NCBI GenBank assembly: GCA_964016885.1
Contig: OZ024743.1
Span: 122,016,001-122,080,000 of the forward strand
Reading direction: 5' to 3'
DNA: 64,000 nucleotides
Source of the DNA: Eledone cirrhosa
Taxonomy: Eukaryota
Shown here one piece after another: positions 38,381 to 50,786 of the stretch. Positions within the stretch are counted from its first letter, which is position 1; each line of letters opens with the position of its first letter. The translations under genes were made by a program, and so were the position numbers. The notes below the pieces were generated by a model, which did not search any database, was not told the origin of the DNA, and worked only from the letters and a program-made list of their open reading frames with translations.

Positions 38381-39929
38381 GAACCCTCTTAACTTCAAGT
38401 CACCTATATGATTCAAACTCTGCCAATTTTACATGGACTATCTTCCCACTAAATGTGCCTCAACTTTGACTCAGTGTTTGGTTAATACCGTCCTCTTAGG
38501 TATGCCCCTCTGCACCCTTTACACAACTATGACTCATAATCACAAAAAATTCAAGTGTTCACTTCAAATGTACATTGCTTATAATACCTGAAGAAAGTTA
38601 CCTACACTCCTAACTAGAAGGTAATTGCATGAAAATTGACATGAAATTAAAAGATGTCTCCATGCAAGCTTTCTTACTTCCTAAATTGTTACTGGACATG
38701 ATCTTTTGTCAAGAGAGTATTTCCAATTTTAACTCTTTCATTACCACATTTCTGATGACAGACACTGTCTAAGGGTTTCAAATAATTTCAAAAATAATCA
38801 AGAATTTTAAAGGATTTAGTAATATAACTTATGAGATTACTTCAGCTGATAGGACTTCCTCCTGTGGTATTCCTTATGGGTTTAGATCTCATGTGATGGC
38901 AGACTTCTGTTAGAATCAAAGGCAATATGCAAAGAAACAAACAGTGTGTTGAGAGACTGTGCTATCTTAAACTATGGGATTTTTTTTTAATACTTACAAA
39001 GCTGCTAAAAGCACTTAAGAGTCAAGCTTTGTTGTTGCAACTGTAGAAGTAACATCTCTCTTAAAGCACTACTTTGAAATAGATATAGCTTAAGTAACAT
39101 CTACCGTTTAGTTAATTTGATATAGCTTATTTTACTGCACAATGAAAATGTATAGATATCAAATTTTAGAGATATACAATACCTATAATGGGGTTGATAA
39201 ATTAAAGCACCAGTAATACACTGGGGTTAATTTAATTACTTTCCCCTCCCACAAAATGCTGGCCTTGTGCCTATAGTAGAAATCCTTATTAATATATTTT
39301 ATTTAGTTGAATCTAAATGATAAGAGCCACAAGGGTTTTAAAAATTCATTGAGTTGCCATTGTCTACCTTCTATTACTCAGAGCTACATATCAAACAAAG
39401 AACAAAAACAAAATGATTTTACTTTTTAATCCCTATACTAGAGAAAATATAACAAGATCCTCTCCCAACAACATTGAAGTTTGTATGATTAGAAAATATG
39501 TAAGCATATCATAGAGGCATAGATATAAGTGACAGAAACACTATGAATTTAAACCAATGAGGCAACAGATGGCAGTTAAATTTAAAATATTGTAAACTAT
39601 TTATTTCTGTATTTAGGTCAATATTTGCATTTGTCGCTTTTGTTGATATATCCATTTTTTCATGGTCACATTGATGAGGTAGTTTTTGCAGGCATAAAGG
39701 TTTTCAGACTGTTGCTGCAGGTATTTTATTCATGGTTGTATGCTTTTTTTGTTATAACATTCAACTGAATTGGGAACAGTATCTGTTAAGCAAACTGTAC
39801 TGTCAAGAGCTGCATTACAACAGTTCTAAAATCTTTGAACTCAGTATCATCTGTTCAGCTGTTTTAACTACTGTCTTGTAAATTAAACAACTGATCTTAA
39901 ATCATCAGAAAGTTGACTAATCTTGCATG

Positions 39930-40204
39930 ATCAGGGTTGCTGAAGCATGGAACAAACTACCTGTATCAGTTGTTAGCTTTTGGGACACTGCATCTTTCAA
40001 AACTTCCATGCTTCTCAAAATTCACCAATACTACACCTGATATTCTCTATCCATACATATGCACGCATGTATCTGTGTGTATATCATGACTCATGCACTG
40101 TTCACTTTCCTGACATTTGTACATTATTCTAAGTACTATACATGCACATTTGATGAGTTGTAGTGCACCTGAGCACTGTACACAATAATTTTCATTATTA
40201 TTAT
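39930..40204 (+). mobile_element. CR1-like LINE 3' end
   Basis: Encodes RVAEAWNKLPVSVV (CR1/L2 ORF2 C-terminal WNxLP motif). 3' UTR ends gtagtgcacctgagcactgtacacaataattttcattattat. Further copies at ~14845-14902(+), 43463-43695(-), 46490-46575(-), 47570-47808(+) and 52935-53190(+). Confidence 0.8.
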
Positions 40205-41169
40205 AACAAAATGATAAATTGAAAAGTAACTGAAATCATACCCATTTACTTATATTTGCATGAATCCTATTTTTTCTCTTTCATTGACAGAAGATTCTAT
40301 ATATTGGAATAATTGATAATGACTTATACATTGTTAACATACAACTGAATCAGCTATATCAGGAAACTAACTATTCTTCCATTGTATGACTGATACACTT
40401 CGATGACTTAGGCAAGTCTGTGAGACACTTCTGCTTTAACATGCTTCAAGAAACTCAATAATTATACATATAATAACACTAGTTGTTTTAGGAAATTTAT
40501 TAACATCCCATCAACTAACTATCAACAAGACTATTCAATTGTTCAGTATATAATAATTAACTTCAAAACTGATCAGCAGAGCTCTTACTTTTTCAATTGG
40601 AGAGCTTATTAGAATTCTGAAAATTTCAATTTAAAGTTTATAACTACATTTCAGAATCATCATCACCATACCTTTTTATGCCTGTTTTTCCATGCTTGCA
40701 TGGGTTGGATAGGTATTTTTCAGCACAATATCCCTCCACTCATCATCTTCCTTTGCCATCTCCTCTGTGAACTTCAGTGATTTGAGATCAGCTTTCACTA
40801 CCTCAACCGAGGTCTTCTTTTCATAAAATAATCCTGTTAATTATGTCAACAAATGCTTGTCTAACTCAGCCAACAACTCTGAAGTCATCAGAAAACTGTA
40901 GACCCTACAAAACAATTCCACTGATATTACACTTTATTGAGTAGTAGACTTAATTCCTAACCCAGTTTGATGCCACCACTTAGCCCAATTGAGTGCCTTT
41001 AGTAAAGTTCATTCCATTGCAAGCATTCAGGCTAGGTCTCCGGTCTGAGGATAACTTGCTAGCATCTAGTCGCAGTGGCCCTGGAAATTATATTGCTCTT
41101 TCTCCAAGCCATTAAAAATGGACTGAAGGTTAAGTTCTCTTATTTTGCAAGAAAAGTAATTTAGACACG

Positions 41170-41620
41170 ACTAAAAATTAGAGGGATTACCTAACAGTGA
41201 CAAATAGTTATTATCTACAACAAACTGTTGCTGAATCATATACAGCCAGAATTTGAAAAGGTCTTGCATAGAAACCAAAATGGATTCATAAAAAATCAGT
41301 TTACTGTTAGATGTCAGAAGAATCATTGAGTTGGAGCTAAAACCCTATAGGAAGTCTTAATATCCATGAATTTCTCAAATGCCTTCAACATCAGAGCAAA
41401 ATGGAGCAAATTCTTCTTACATATGGGATACTACAAGAAGCAATAGCAGCAATTATCATGCACTACAAAAATCACCTGATGGAGACACTGATTTCTTCAA
41501 TATCAATGCAGGCATCTTGTAAGGAAATATGCTTGCACACTTCCTGTTTATTATCTACTTGGACTATGCCCTTTGCACTCCGATTGACAAAATTAAAGAA
41601 CTTAGCTTCACTTTAAGAAA
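41170..41620 (+). pseudogene. Degenerate RTE RT fragment
   Basis: Broken RGITL, KVLHRNQNGF, MEQILLTYGI motifs. Confidence 0.6.
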
Positions 41621-41650
41621 ATCCATTTCCCTTTGGTTGCTTAATGCCCA

Positions 41651-41777
41651 ATTTAATATATATTAAATTAACTACCAACATGAGAGCTAATAATATGCAA
41701 ATTAGTAAGGCCATTTAATATATATTAAATTAACTACCAACATGAGAACTAATAATATGTAAATTAGTAAGGCCATT
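41651..41777. repeat. 62-bp tandem duplication
   Basis: atttaatatatattaaattaactaccaacatgaga...aaattagtaaggcc occurs twice (41651 and 41713) with 2 differences. Confidence 0.9.
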
Positions 41778-42051
41778 TCAATTATACTACTATAAGGGAT
41801 AATGGTATATAAGCCCCTTCAGTTACATATTTTTTTGTGATTATTGAGATGGTATACATATCTTCTGATGTGAACCCTGAAAGGTTAAAAAAAATCGATT
41901 CAAGATATTTATCACCTTTTCAATTTGCAGAAAACTACGTGAATTTAGCATATTTATTAGTGTAAATAGTCAACACTGTATGTATACAGATATAAATTCA
42001 CTGTATACTTTGCTAAGGGCACAATTTAATAATATATATATATATATATAT

Positions 42052-42280
42052 AGAATTGGCTCCTACAGGTCTAGAACTGTTTCATTCGAAAGAAATCATC
42101 AGGAAAGCATTCTTTCGAATAACCCATGCTAGCGTGGAAGATAGACGTTAAACGAAGATGATGATGAAACAGTTCTAGTCCTGTAGAAGCCATTTCTATA
42201 TTAAATTTTGTATATACTCTACTAATGTATTCAGTACTTCACTTACTGTGGTTACCCCCGATTGAACCCGGGACTTACAT
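42052..42280 (+). mobile_element. TA-inserted hairpin element (tagaactgtttcatt family) interrupted by an RTE tail at 42121-42165
   Basis: Arms ctacaggtctagaactgtttcattcgaa / ttcgaat[insert]gaaacagttctagtcctgtag. Relatives at 46865-47075(+), 54085-54265(-) and 56557-56660(+). Confidence 0.75.
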
Positions 42281-42441
42281 ATATATATAACCCATGTGAG
42301 CATAGAAAAATGGATGTTAAATAGAGATGATGATGATGATGATATATATATGAGAAAAACATGGTCATCTGACCTCGACTTGCCTCGAATAGGACAACTT
42401 GTCTAACCCATGCTAGCATGAAAAATGGACGTTAAACGATG

Positions 42442-42475
<34 letters not shown>

Positions 42476-43223
42476 CAGTTCCCATATGAGCAAGACAAGG
42501 TCACCCGACTTGGCATTGGCCACAACAGGACAACCCGTCTAACCCATGCTAGCATGGAAAAATTGACGTAAAACAGTGATGATGATATAGGTTAGCTGAC
42601 AATATTTTATGTCATTTATATTGTCAGCTAACCTATAGAAGTAAACAGCTTTAGAAAAATTTTACATTGTGATTCTGTACTATTGTTTGTGTATTCAACT
42701 ACTAGAACTTAAATATAATACTTCTGACATACAACTAATAACAAAATACTTTTTATTCATACTGACACTCAACTATCTAACCTTTCAGTGATAGGAAGAG
42801 ATTTAAATGGGATAAATAGAGAGAAAATGACAAACAAAACAAGAGAGAGAGAGAGGGAATAAAAAGAGAAAAATTGAGGGAAGAAATAGAAACAAAGAAA
42901 GAGAAAAGAGGGAGAGTATTAAGTATTTATAAATGGAAGAGAGTATTTAGCTGTCTTCTTTACTTTGCCCACTTATTCCTGAGAGGGTTATGGGGACAAA
43001 GTCCTCAAACACTCCTTCCAGTGGGTCCTGTCAGCCAAGTTCATGGATGTTATCCAACCATCTTACCCGTGGTCTACCCCTGGAGCTAGACTCCAAGCAG
43101 GATGGTTGGATAACATCCATATATTTAGCTGTGATTTTAAAATACTACTCTCTCACACTAGACTTACTAACTTGGTTGATTAAAGGGAAGTAATTATAAA
43201 TTGGTGTAAACATTTATAATAAT

Positions 43224-43408
43224 TGTTTCTACTTTTGGCACAAGGCCATCAATTACTCAGTACATTACTGGTACTTTATTTTATCGACCCCGTAAGGATG
43301 AAAGGCAAAGTTAACCTCGGCGGGATTTGAACTCAGACCGCAAAGGGATGTAACTATGCTGGAATGCATGGCGTCCGACTCTCTACTGATACTGCCAATC
43401 CACCGCCC
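43224..43408 (-). mobile_element. Meta-domain-like SINE with 17-bp TSD
   Basis: TSD taaacatttataataat at 43207-43223 and 43409-43425. Confidence 0.88.
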
Positions 43409-44779
43409 TAAACATTTATAATAATGCTTTCTAACATTGACACGAGGGAGTAAGTCGATTACATAATAATAATGAAAACTATTGTGTACAGTGCTCAGGT
43501 GCACTACAACTCATCAAAGGTGCATGTATAGTACATAGAATAGTATACAAATGTCAGGAAAATGAACAGTGTAGGAGTCATGATATACACACAGATACAT
43601 GTGTGCATGTGTATGGAGGAGAAATATCAGGTATGGTGTTGGCGAATTTCAGGAAGTATGGAAGTTTTGAAGGTTGTAGTGTCCCGACAGCTACATACTC
43701 TGTACTTAACTGGTATCATTTGAATATTTATGGGAGTATTTTTTCTATTTCAGAAGTTAATATGGAAAATTTCTGACAGCATGCAATATTTTTGTTACAA
43801 GAAATGAGTTGTCTAAGTGTTTATGAAACTTATAAATATATGATAATTTGTGATCAACTGGAGTACAACTATAACATTGTCTAAGTAATATTCAACTTGG
43901 ACAAACTTGGAAACCACCAGAGAAACCTTGTGAGTTACTACTGGAGGATGGCTTGCATGCCTGCTGTTGCTACACAAAGGTGATGAAGCTAAAACCTTTA
44001 TAACAAAATTCAGCACAGTTGAAAGAGTAAACAAAATGGGATCTGAAGAAACTGAAATACACACAGAGAAGTAAGGGAGAGAATAGAAATTGAAAAAAGC
44101 CTGAGCAGAAATAACAGCAAAAGGATCTTCCAACCTGTAAAAGACTTAACAAAACCACAGCTGCCAAAAGTGAGAAGCACACAGGTCAAACAAGAGAAAC
44201 CCTTCACAGATAATGAAGATTTTATGAAGAGGTAGAGCAAATACTGCTCAGAATTGTACAAATACCAGAGTAAATGAGACCCTGGTGTACTTGTCTGTTT
44301 GGAACCAACAAAATCAAGAGGATTTTCATATCATACAGGAAGAGGTTGAAGCAGCTATAAAGAAAAATGAAAAAGAAAAGAAATATTTTTTTTATTTCTT
44401 CACCTATTTCTTTTCCTTACACAGAACATCAGTGACTTGAAATGAACTGGTGCAACCACCAAAACGAGAAATATTCAAATTTTATGATAGATTCGAATTG
44501 TGATGGGCAGAATGAATTGATACATTTCTGCGCAGAAATACTATGTTAATGTGTATGAGGTGACAAATTGGCAAAGTCATTAGAATGTTCAATAGAATAC
44601 TTAGAGGTATTTGTTTCACCTCTCTGCACTCTGAGTTCAAATCCTGCTTGGGTCAATTTTGCTGTTCATACTTTTGAGGTTGATAAATAAAGTACCAGTT
44701 CTTTATTTATGGCAGCATAGGTAGGCTAAAAAAGTAAAGAGCTTTTGTGTGTGGCAGATACACAGGATTAACTAGCAGT

Positions 44780-45345
44780 AAGAGCACCACTGAAATAAAC
44801 TGTTTCCAATCCAAGGAAGGCTCCATAAAAGTAGCTGATAGTTTCTATTACCCAGGTGATTGAATTAGCAATAGAGGAAGGTACTCTGAAAGTATAGTAG
44901 CCAGAATAAGAACAGAGTGGGAAACATTCAGAGAGCTACTAACTGTGTTAATAATGAAGCGATTCTCTCTCTGAGTAATGAATAGATTGTATAATAACTG
45001 CACACAAAGTGTAATGTTCTATAGTATGAGACATAGGTACTGGATGCAAAGGCACTAGGGTATAGAACACTGTTTAATCTTGTTGGTGACAAGACAATTT
45101 CCTTAGTGCTGGAGACACAATAAAATACATTCAATATACTCTATAAAGTAGTTGGTAATAAGAAGTGCAACTTGACATAGTGTCCAGAATAGAATGTACA
45201 AGTAAAGCATGGTCCCCGACTCTTCTAGAAATGTAGTAATTTTGAATAAAAACTAATTCGTTCTGTAATGACTAATCCAACCCACGCCAGCATGGAAATG
45301 TGGATGTAAAATGATGATGAAGACTCATCATAAAAGTAACTGAAA
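44780..45345 (+). pseudogene. Old copy of the 58748 RTE family (RT C-terminal part + tail)
   Basis: gatagtttctattacccaggtgat...ctgaaagtatagtagccagaataagaac...ttcagagagcta aligns with 61395-61500. Tail at ~45280-45320. Confidence 0.6.
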
Positions 45346-45825
45346 TTAATTATATGAAGCAAAATTATTCATATACTATATAAAATTGTTGGCAATAGGT
45401 AGTGCATCAACCCTTGAAAATCTGCTAAAGGTTATGATAAAAAATTAGGATGTGGTTTTATTTGACTTTATTTTGATCATCTAATCAATGTGAGTTTTTT
45501 CTCATTATGTACCTACTAGCTTACAATAGGCCATGATTAGGATACATCCCATATCTCAGTTAGCAACAATGTTTACTGTATTCAAGAGTTACCTTTGGTT
45601 GCTTGATATTTGATCAACGTAGTTCACAGAAAATATTCTATTAAAACCAAAAGACAAGTGAACTAGGGCAGAGATTAAGAGAGATTTGGCTATTATTTTA
45701 ACAGGTGAAACGAACATGTAGAGGCTCATTGGTTTTATTTCATGGACTCAGATTTTTAAAGTGCATTCACTACTAATTTGAAGATATCACTGTAAGGGGA
45801 ATAACTTTGTTATGTATACATATAT

Positions 45826-46072
45826 CATCATCATCATCGTTTAACGTCCATTTTCCACGCTAGCATGGGTTAGACAGTTTTGTTCCATTTGATGCAGGAT
45901 TGGTTGGGAGACCATATCTCGCTCGTACAAAAGTCTCTCTGGCAGGTTTTCTATGGCTGGATGCCCTTCCTAACACCAACCACATTTACAATGTGGACTG
46001 GTAGCCTTTTTACTGTGTCTCCTACACAACCTCTTTACAGTGTGGACTGCATGCTTTTTGTTGTGTCACCAA
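45826..46072 (-). mobile_element. RTE 3' UTR fragment
   Basis: catcatcatcgtttaacgtcc...ggctggatgcccttcctaacaccaaccac, the reverse complement of the RTE tail. Confidence 0.85.
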
Positions 46073-47073
46073 CCTTGCAACTGCCCCAAACTCCACAAAC
46101 CCGACAACCCCGACCGCCACATCGTCTCCGCTTGCAACTGCCCCTGTCTCTCTCCCCCACTCCCCCACACACCGTCGGAACTCTCTTCCCACCCACTTTT
46201 CGCTTGAAGAAGGGCTTATGCCCGAAACGCCTCCCCCACTCTCAAGAGCGTGAAACTAATAAACCTTTGTTTGTACTGCCTCTCTGTTTTGTTCCCGTTC
46301 CATTTTTCACTATATATATATATACGCATACACATACACATATATAATATATCTATATGTATGGCATATCAAGGGCATGACAACCTCTCTAATGTTGCTG
46401 ATTTACACAAGAAACACATCTCGTATACACTGTAAATGGTTGGTGATAAGAGGGCATCCAGCCATAGAAATAATATAATGATAATATAATATAATGAAAT
46501 TATTGTGTAAAGTGCTCAGGTGCACTACAACTCGTCAAAGGTGCATGTATAGTACATAGAATAATACACAAATCTTGCCAAACAAATGGTTGGAAGGACC
46601 CTCAGTTGTGTCAAAGACTTAACATCCTCTCATGAGCACTTGATGGAATGTGAGACTGTACATAAGCGAGACATAGATCCCTGGCTTGCTTGGGAGACCA
46701 ATGGCTTTGCTTCAGTATAGACTTGGTCTATATAGACCCGTTCAACACTTGCAAGCAGGGAAAGTGGACGTTAAAATGACCATAATTATGATGATGATAT
46801 ATATACATTCATATATATATATATATACATATAAATATATGTATATATTTTATTTTATATATAAATGACTTCTACAAGACTAGAACTCTTTCATTTGTAT
46901 GAAATCATCAAGAATGTCCTGATGATTTCATACAAATGAAATTGTTCTAGTCCTGTAGAAGTCATTCCTCTATAAAATAAAAAATGCCTATACTTGACCA
47001 ATGTATTGAGCACCTTTTTCAAATTTCGTCCCCCCCCCCCCCCCCCGACACAAGTCGGGAATCTACACTGACA

Positions 47074-47125
<52 letters not shown>

Positions 47126-47127
47126 AT

Positions 47128-47522
47128 GGAGGCACATGGCTTAGTGGTTAGAGCATTGGCCTTGCAATCGAAAGGTTGTGAGTTCAATTCTCAGACCGGG
47201 TGATGTGTTGTTTCTTTGAGCAAGACACTTTATTTCACATTGCTCCAGTTTACTCAGCTGTAGAAATGAGATGATAGGACTGGGGTTTCTATCATTCCAC
47301 TGCAAAGTGGTCGTGGAGGTGCCATGGCAAAAAAGCACCCAGCACACACTGTAAAGTGGACGTGTAGACGCCACGGAAAAAAAAAGCACCCAGCACTCAC
47401 TGTAAATGAGGTTGGTGTTAGGAAGGGCATCCAGCTGTAGAAATCAAGCCAGAATCAGTTCCCGTCCCACCCTTGCAAGCAGGGAAAAGCGGCCATAAAA
47501 AGATGATGATGATGATGATGAT
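47128..47522 (+). mobile_element. tRNA-headed CORE-like SINE with RTE-type 3' tail
   Basis: Box A-like TGGCTTAGTGG and box B-like GTTCAATTC. Central GAGCAAGACACTTTATTTCACATTGCTCCAG resembles the CORE domain. Tail ggttggtgttaggaagggcatccagc...(GAT)n is shared with the RTE. Confidence 0.85.
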
Positions 47523-48377
47523 ATATATATATATAAACAATGCTCCAAAAGGGCAGTAAAATGGTTTAACGAACTGCATCCTTCAAAACTTCCCGAAATT
47601 TGCCAACACTACACCTGATATTTCTCCTCCATATACACGCATGTATCTGCTGTATATCATGACTCATACATGTTCACTTTCCTGACATTTGTACATTATT
47701 CTAGGTACTACACATGCACCTTTGATGAGTTGTAGTGCACCTTTGATGAGTTGTAGTGCACCTTTGATGAGTTGTAGCACCGTACATAATAATTTTCATT
47801 ATTATTATTTTCAAATGTGTGATTAGATGCTAGGAGAGATAATGTGTATGCTAAAACTAAAAATGAATAGTGAATAGTGAATATATTAGGTTTCTTAAGT
47901 TACCTTACTGCCTAAATTAACTTAAATTAGCAAAGCTATCTGTAACTTGTATAGAGTTATTTCCCCTCCCTTTTCTCCCCGCAGTTCAAATTAGATTATA
48001 TAAAGGAGTGGAGAAACATTTTAGTTTAAAATAAAATAAAAAGTCGACCAAAATACGATAGATATATTACTGATTAATCATAGATAGAGATTGTTGGAAG
48101 GGAGGAAGATATTCTCAAAACAAAGTTATCTTCTCTAAAGCAGTGATCACTTTCTAGTAAGCAGGTGATAGTGTTAAACAGGGCAGCACGTTAAGTCTTC
48201 CAGCACCAATGAAAAAAACTAGTAAAGAGTGGCTTTAGCGAGGAGGTTGTATTCATGGAGGATTTCCCTGATCACTCCTGACACCTCCAAGAGTTAAGAA
48301 GAGAAACAAAATCACTTTTAAACCCCCATTCAATCTCTGCCTTCATATATATATAGTTAGAAATACCATGTTCTAGA

Positions 48378-48593
48378 TTAGCCCTTTAGCATTCACATTA
48401 CTCTATATTTACTATTGTATTTTTTTTTTTTGGTAAAGGCTTTATCTCACATAATATTGAATCTATGAGATTTTGATGTTATTTATTATGAGAACAATAC
48501 CTTAACATCAGTATGAGCAGCCAGTTTCTAGTTTGAAAAGAAAGGTGAGATAATTCTGGCCGGATATGGCTGGTTTCAATGCTAAAGAGTTAC
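48378..48593. mobile_element. piggyBac-like MITE, degenerate ends
   Basis: ttagccctttagcatt...aatgctaaagagttac. Homologous to 49313-49540. Confidence 0.75.
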
Positions 48594-48808
48594 ACAATGC
48601 TTCCCAAACAACTCCCATAATGTTATGGTTAGCTATTCTTGATTGGACAACATCACTAATAGCATCTCAAGGTATAATAAAAGAAACTGCTGAAACCCAT
48701 CCAACTGTTCATTGAGGGGATTCTCTTTTCCTTTTTCTTGTCTCCTCCAAACAATCCTGTCTTCTTTCTGTGATTTCATTTCTGATGAAAGACTACTTCT
48801 TTTAAGCA

Positions 48809-49037
48809 TTAACCCTTTAGCATTTAAACTGGCCATATCCAGCCAGAATTCCCCCACCTCTTTCAGTTCAAACTGGCTGTAACTGGCTGTTCATATTGAT
48901 GTTAAAGTATTGTTTTCAATATAAATAACATCAAAATCTCATAGATTCAATATTGTGTGAGATAATTATGTGAGGTAAAGACTTTACTGTGAAAATATGA
49001 TAGTAAATATAGGGTAATGTAAATACTAAAGGGTTAA
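48809..49037. mobile_element. piggyBac-like MITE (opposite orientation to its neighbours)
   Basis: ttaaccctttagcatt...aatactaaagggttaa. Confidence 0.85.
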
Positions 49038-49312
49038 ACAACTATAGCCATTACTTGCAATCACGTAGGACTTAGTAATATGTATTATGCTTTTGCTAGG
49101 GGTTTTAAGTACCCAAATCAGTCACAGGCAGACAGCAAACATCCTCTTGACCTTCCCTCATTTGATCCAGCAGAACATCAAAAATGTGGTCTGGTACTTA
49201 CTTTATTGAGCAGAAAAAAGATGTAAGGCTTAGTGAGATTTGAACTCAGAACTCAAAGATCCAGAACAATATCCAATGCTCAATATCTCTGCCAAATTGA
49301 ATACCTTGAGCA

Positions 49313-49540
49313 TTAACCCTTTAGCATTCACATTACTCTATATATACTATTATATTTTCATGGTAAAGGCTTTACCTCGCATAATTATCTCACATAATAT
49401 CGAATCTATGAGATTTTGAAAATATTTATTTTGAGAACAATATCTTAACATCAGTATGAGTGGCCAGTTACAGCCAGTTTCAACAGAAAGAGGTAGAGAA
49501 TTCTGGCCGGTTTTGGCCGGTTTGAACATTAAAGGGTTAA
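49313..49540. mobile_element. piggyBac-like MITE
   Basis: ttaaccctttagcatt...aacattaaagggttaa. Confidence 0.85.
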
Positions 49541-49845
49541 ACTTATATAAATTTATATGTGGTGTGGTAAATAAATATATACATATACAGCAGGTCTAAA
49601 CACAATAGGACCCCAAACACCCACTGACACTGCCTCCATTTCTCCCACTCTCTCTATATACTCTTATTGTAATATATTATCCTTTGGCACTGTTCTTTCA
49701 CTTTTTTTTTACTTACTATCATCACCATCACACCTATCATATTAAACATCACTACCCATTACTATCATCACCATCACCATCACCATTATTATTAACCATC
49801 ACATCTATTACTATCATCACCATCATTATTATTAACCATTACCTT

Positions 49846-50040
49846 AGGGTGGTGGACTGGCAGTATCGGCAGAGGGTCGGACGCCATGCTTTGATGCATA
49901 GAGTTACGGCTCTTGCCATTCTGAGTTCAAATCCCGCCGAGGTTAACTTTGCCTTTCATACTTACGGGGTCGATAAAATAAAGTACCAGTAATGTACCAG
50001 TAATGTAATGGCCTTGTGCCAAAAGTAGAAACAATTATTA
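49846..50040 (+). mobile_element. Meta-domain-like SINE
   Basis: Same consensus, within (CAT/CAC)-rich low-complexity DNA. Confidence 0.85.
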
Positions 50041-50199
50041 GCCATTACCACCCATTTCTATCCTCATCATCACCATCATTATTAGCCATCACACATTACT
50101 ATCATCACCATCACCATCATTATTAACCATCACCTCTATTACTATCCTCATCATCACCATCATTATTAGCCATCAGCCATCACAACCTATTACTATCAT

Positions 50200-50390
50200 T
50201 GCGGTAGATTGGCAGTATTGGTAGAGGGTCAGACGCCATGCTTTCCAGCATAGTTACGTCCCTTTACGGTCTGAGTTCAAATTCTGCCGAGGTTAACTTT
50301 CTTTGCCTTTCATCCTTACGGGTCGATAAAATAAAGTACCAGTAATGTACTGGGTAATTGATGGCCTTGTGCCAAAAGTGGAAATAATTA
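50200..50390 (+). mobile_element. Meta-domain-like SINE
   Basis: Same consensus. Confidence 0.85.
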
Positions 50391-50470
50391 TATATATATA
50401 TATATATATTAGAAAGTGAGGTTTTTTTTACAAAATGAAAAATAACCGAGGTGTCCTACACGAGTGGAAG

Positions 50471-50768
50471 TATAAAGAAAAAGGGATGAAATCGAAAATG
50501 GAACTGAAGTCTTATTTTTTTAAAAAATATATATATTTATTTGGTTCCTTTACCGGTTTCGCAGCTCTTCTGCTTTTCAAAAGGTGAGTTGAGATGGAGG
50601 GTCTGTGGTTTTTCTCACATGTGAGAAAAACCACAGACCCTCCATCTCAACTCACCTTTTGAAAAGCAGAAGAACTGCGAAACCGGTAAAGGAACCAAAT
50701 AAATATATATATTTTTAAAAAAAATAAGACTTCAGTTCCATTTTCGATTTCATCCCTTTTTCTTTATA
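50471..50768. repeat. Spacerless palindrome, 149-bp arms, ~2 mismatches
   Basis: Centre ctcaca|tgtgag at 50619/50620. Arms checked by eye. Confidence 0.95.
50655..50692 (+). ncRNA. Putative minimal hammerhead ribozyme (U3-A8 variant), Penelope-type
   Basis: cctt-TTGAAAA-gcag aagaa ctgc-GAAA-ccgG-TA-aagg: helix I cctt/aagg, helix II gcag/ctgc, palindromic helix III ACCGGT, GUA triplet. Confidence 0.65.
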
Positions 50769-50786
50769 TATATATATATAGATATA

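Noticed and set aside
38998-39040. 43-nt exon-like segment (ctacag...gtaagt) on the minus strand
   Set aside because: Stops in all three frames and no supporting evidence; at most a non-coding exon.
41191-41214. 24-nt AG...GTAATC micro-exon-like segment on the minus strand
   Set aside because: Lies inside a plus-strand RTE relic. It shows that such patterns arise by chance and tempers the micro-exon hypothesis.
47128-47200. tRNA-like sequence
   Set aside because: It is the head of a SINE with body and tail attached, not a standalone tRNA gene.
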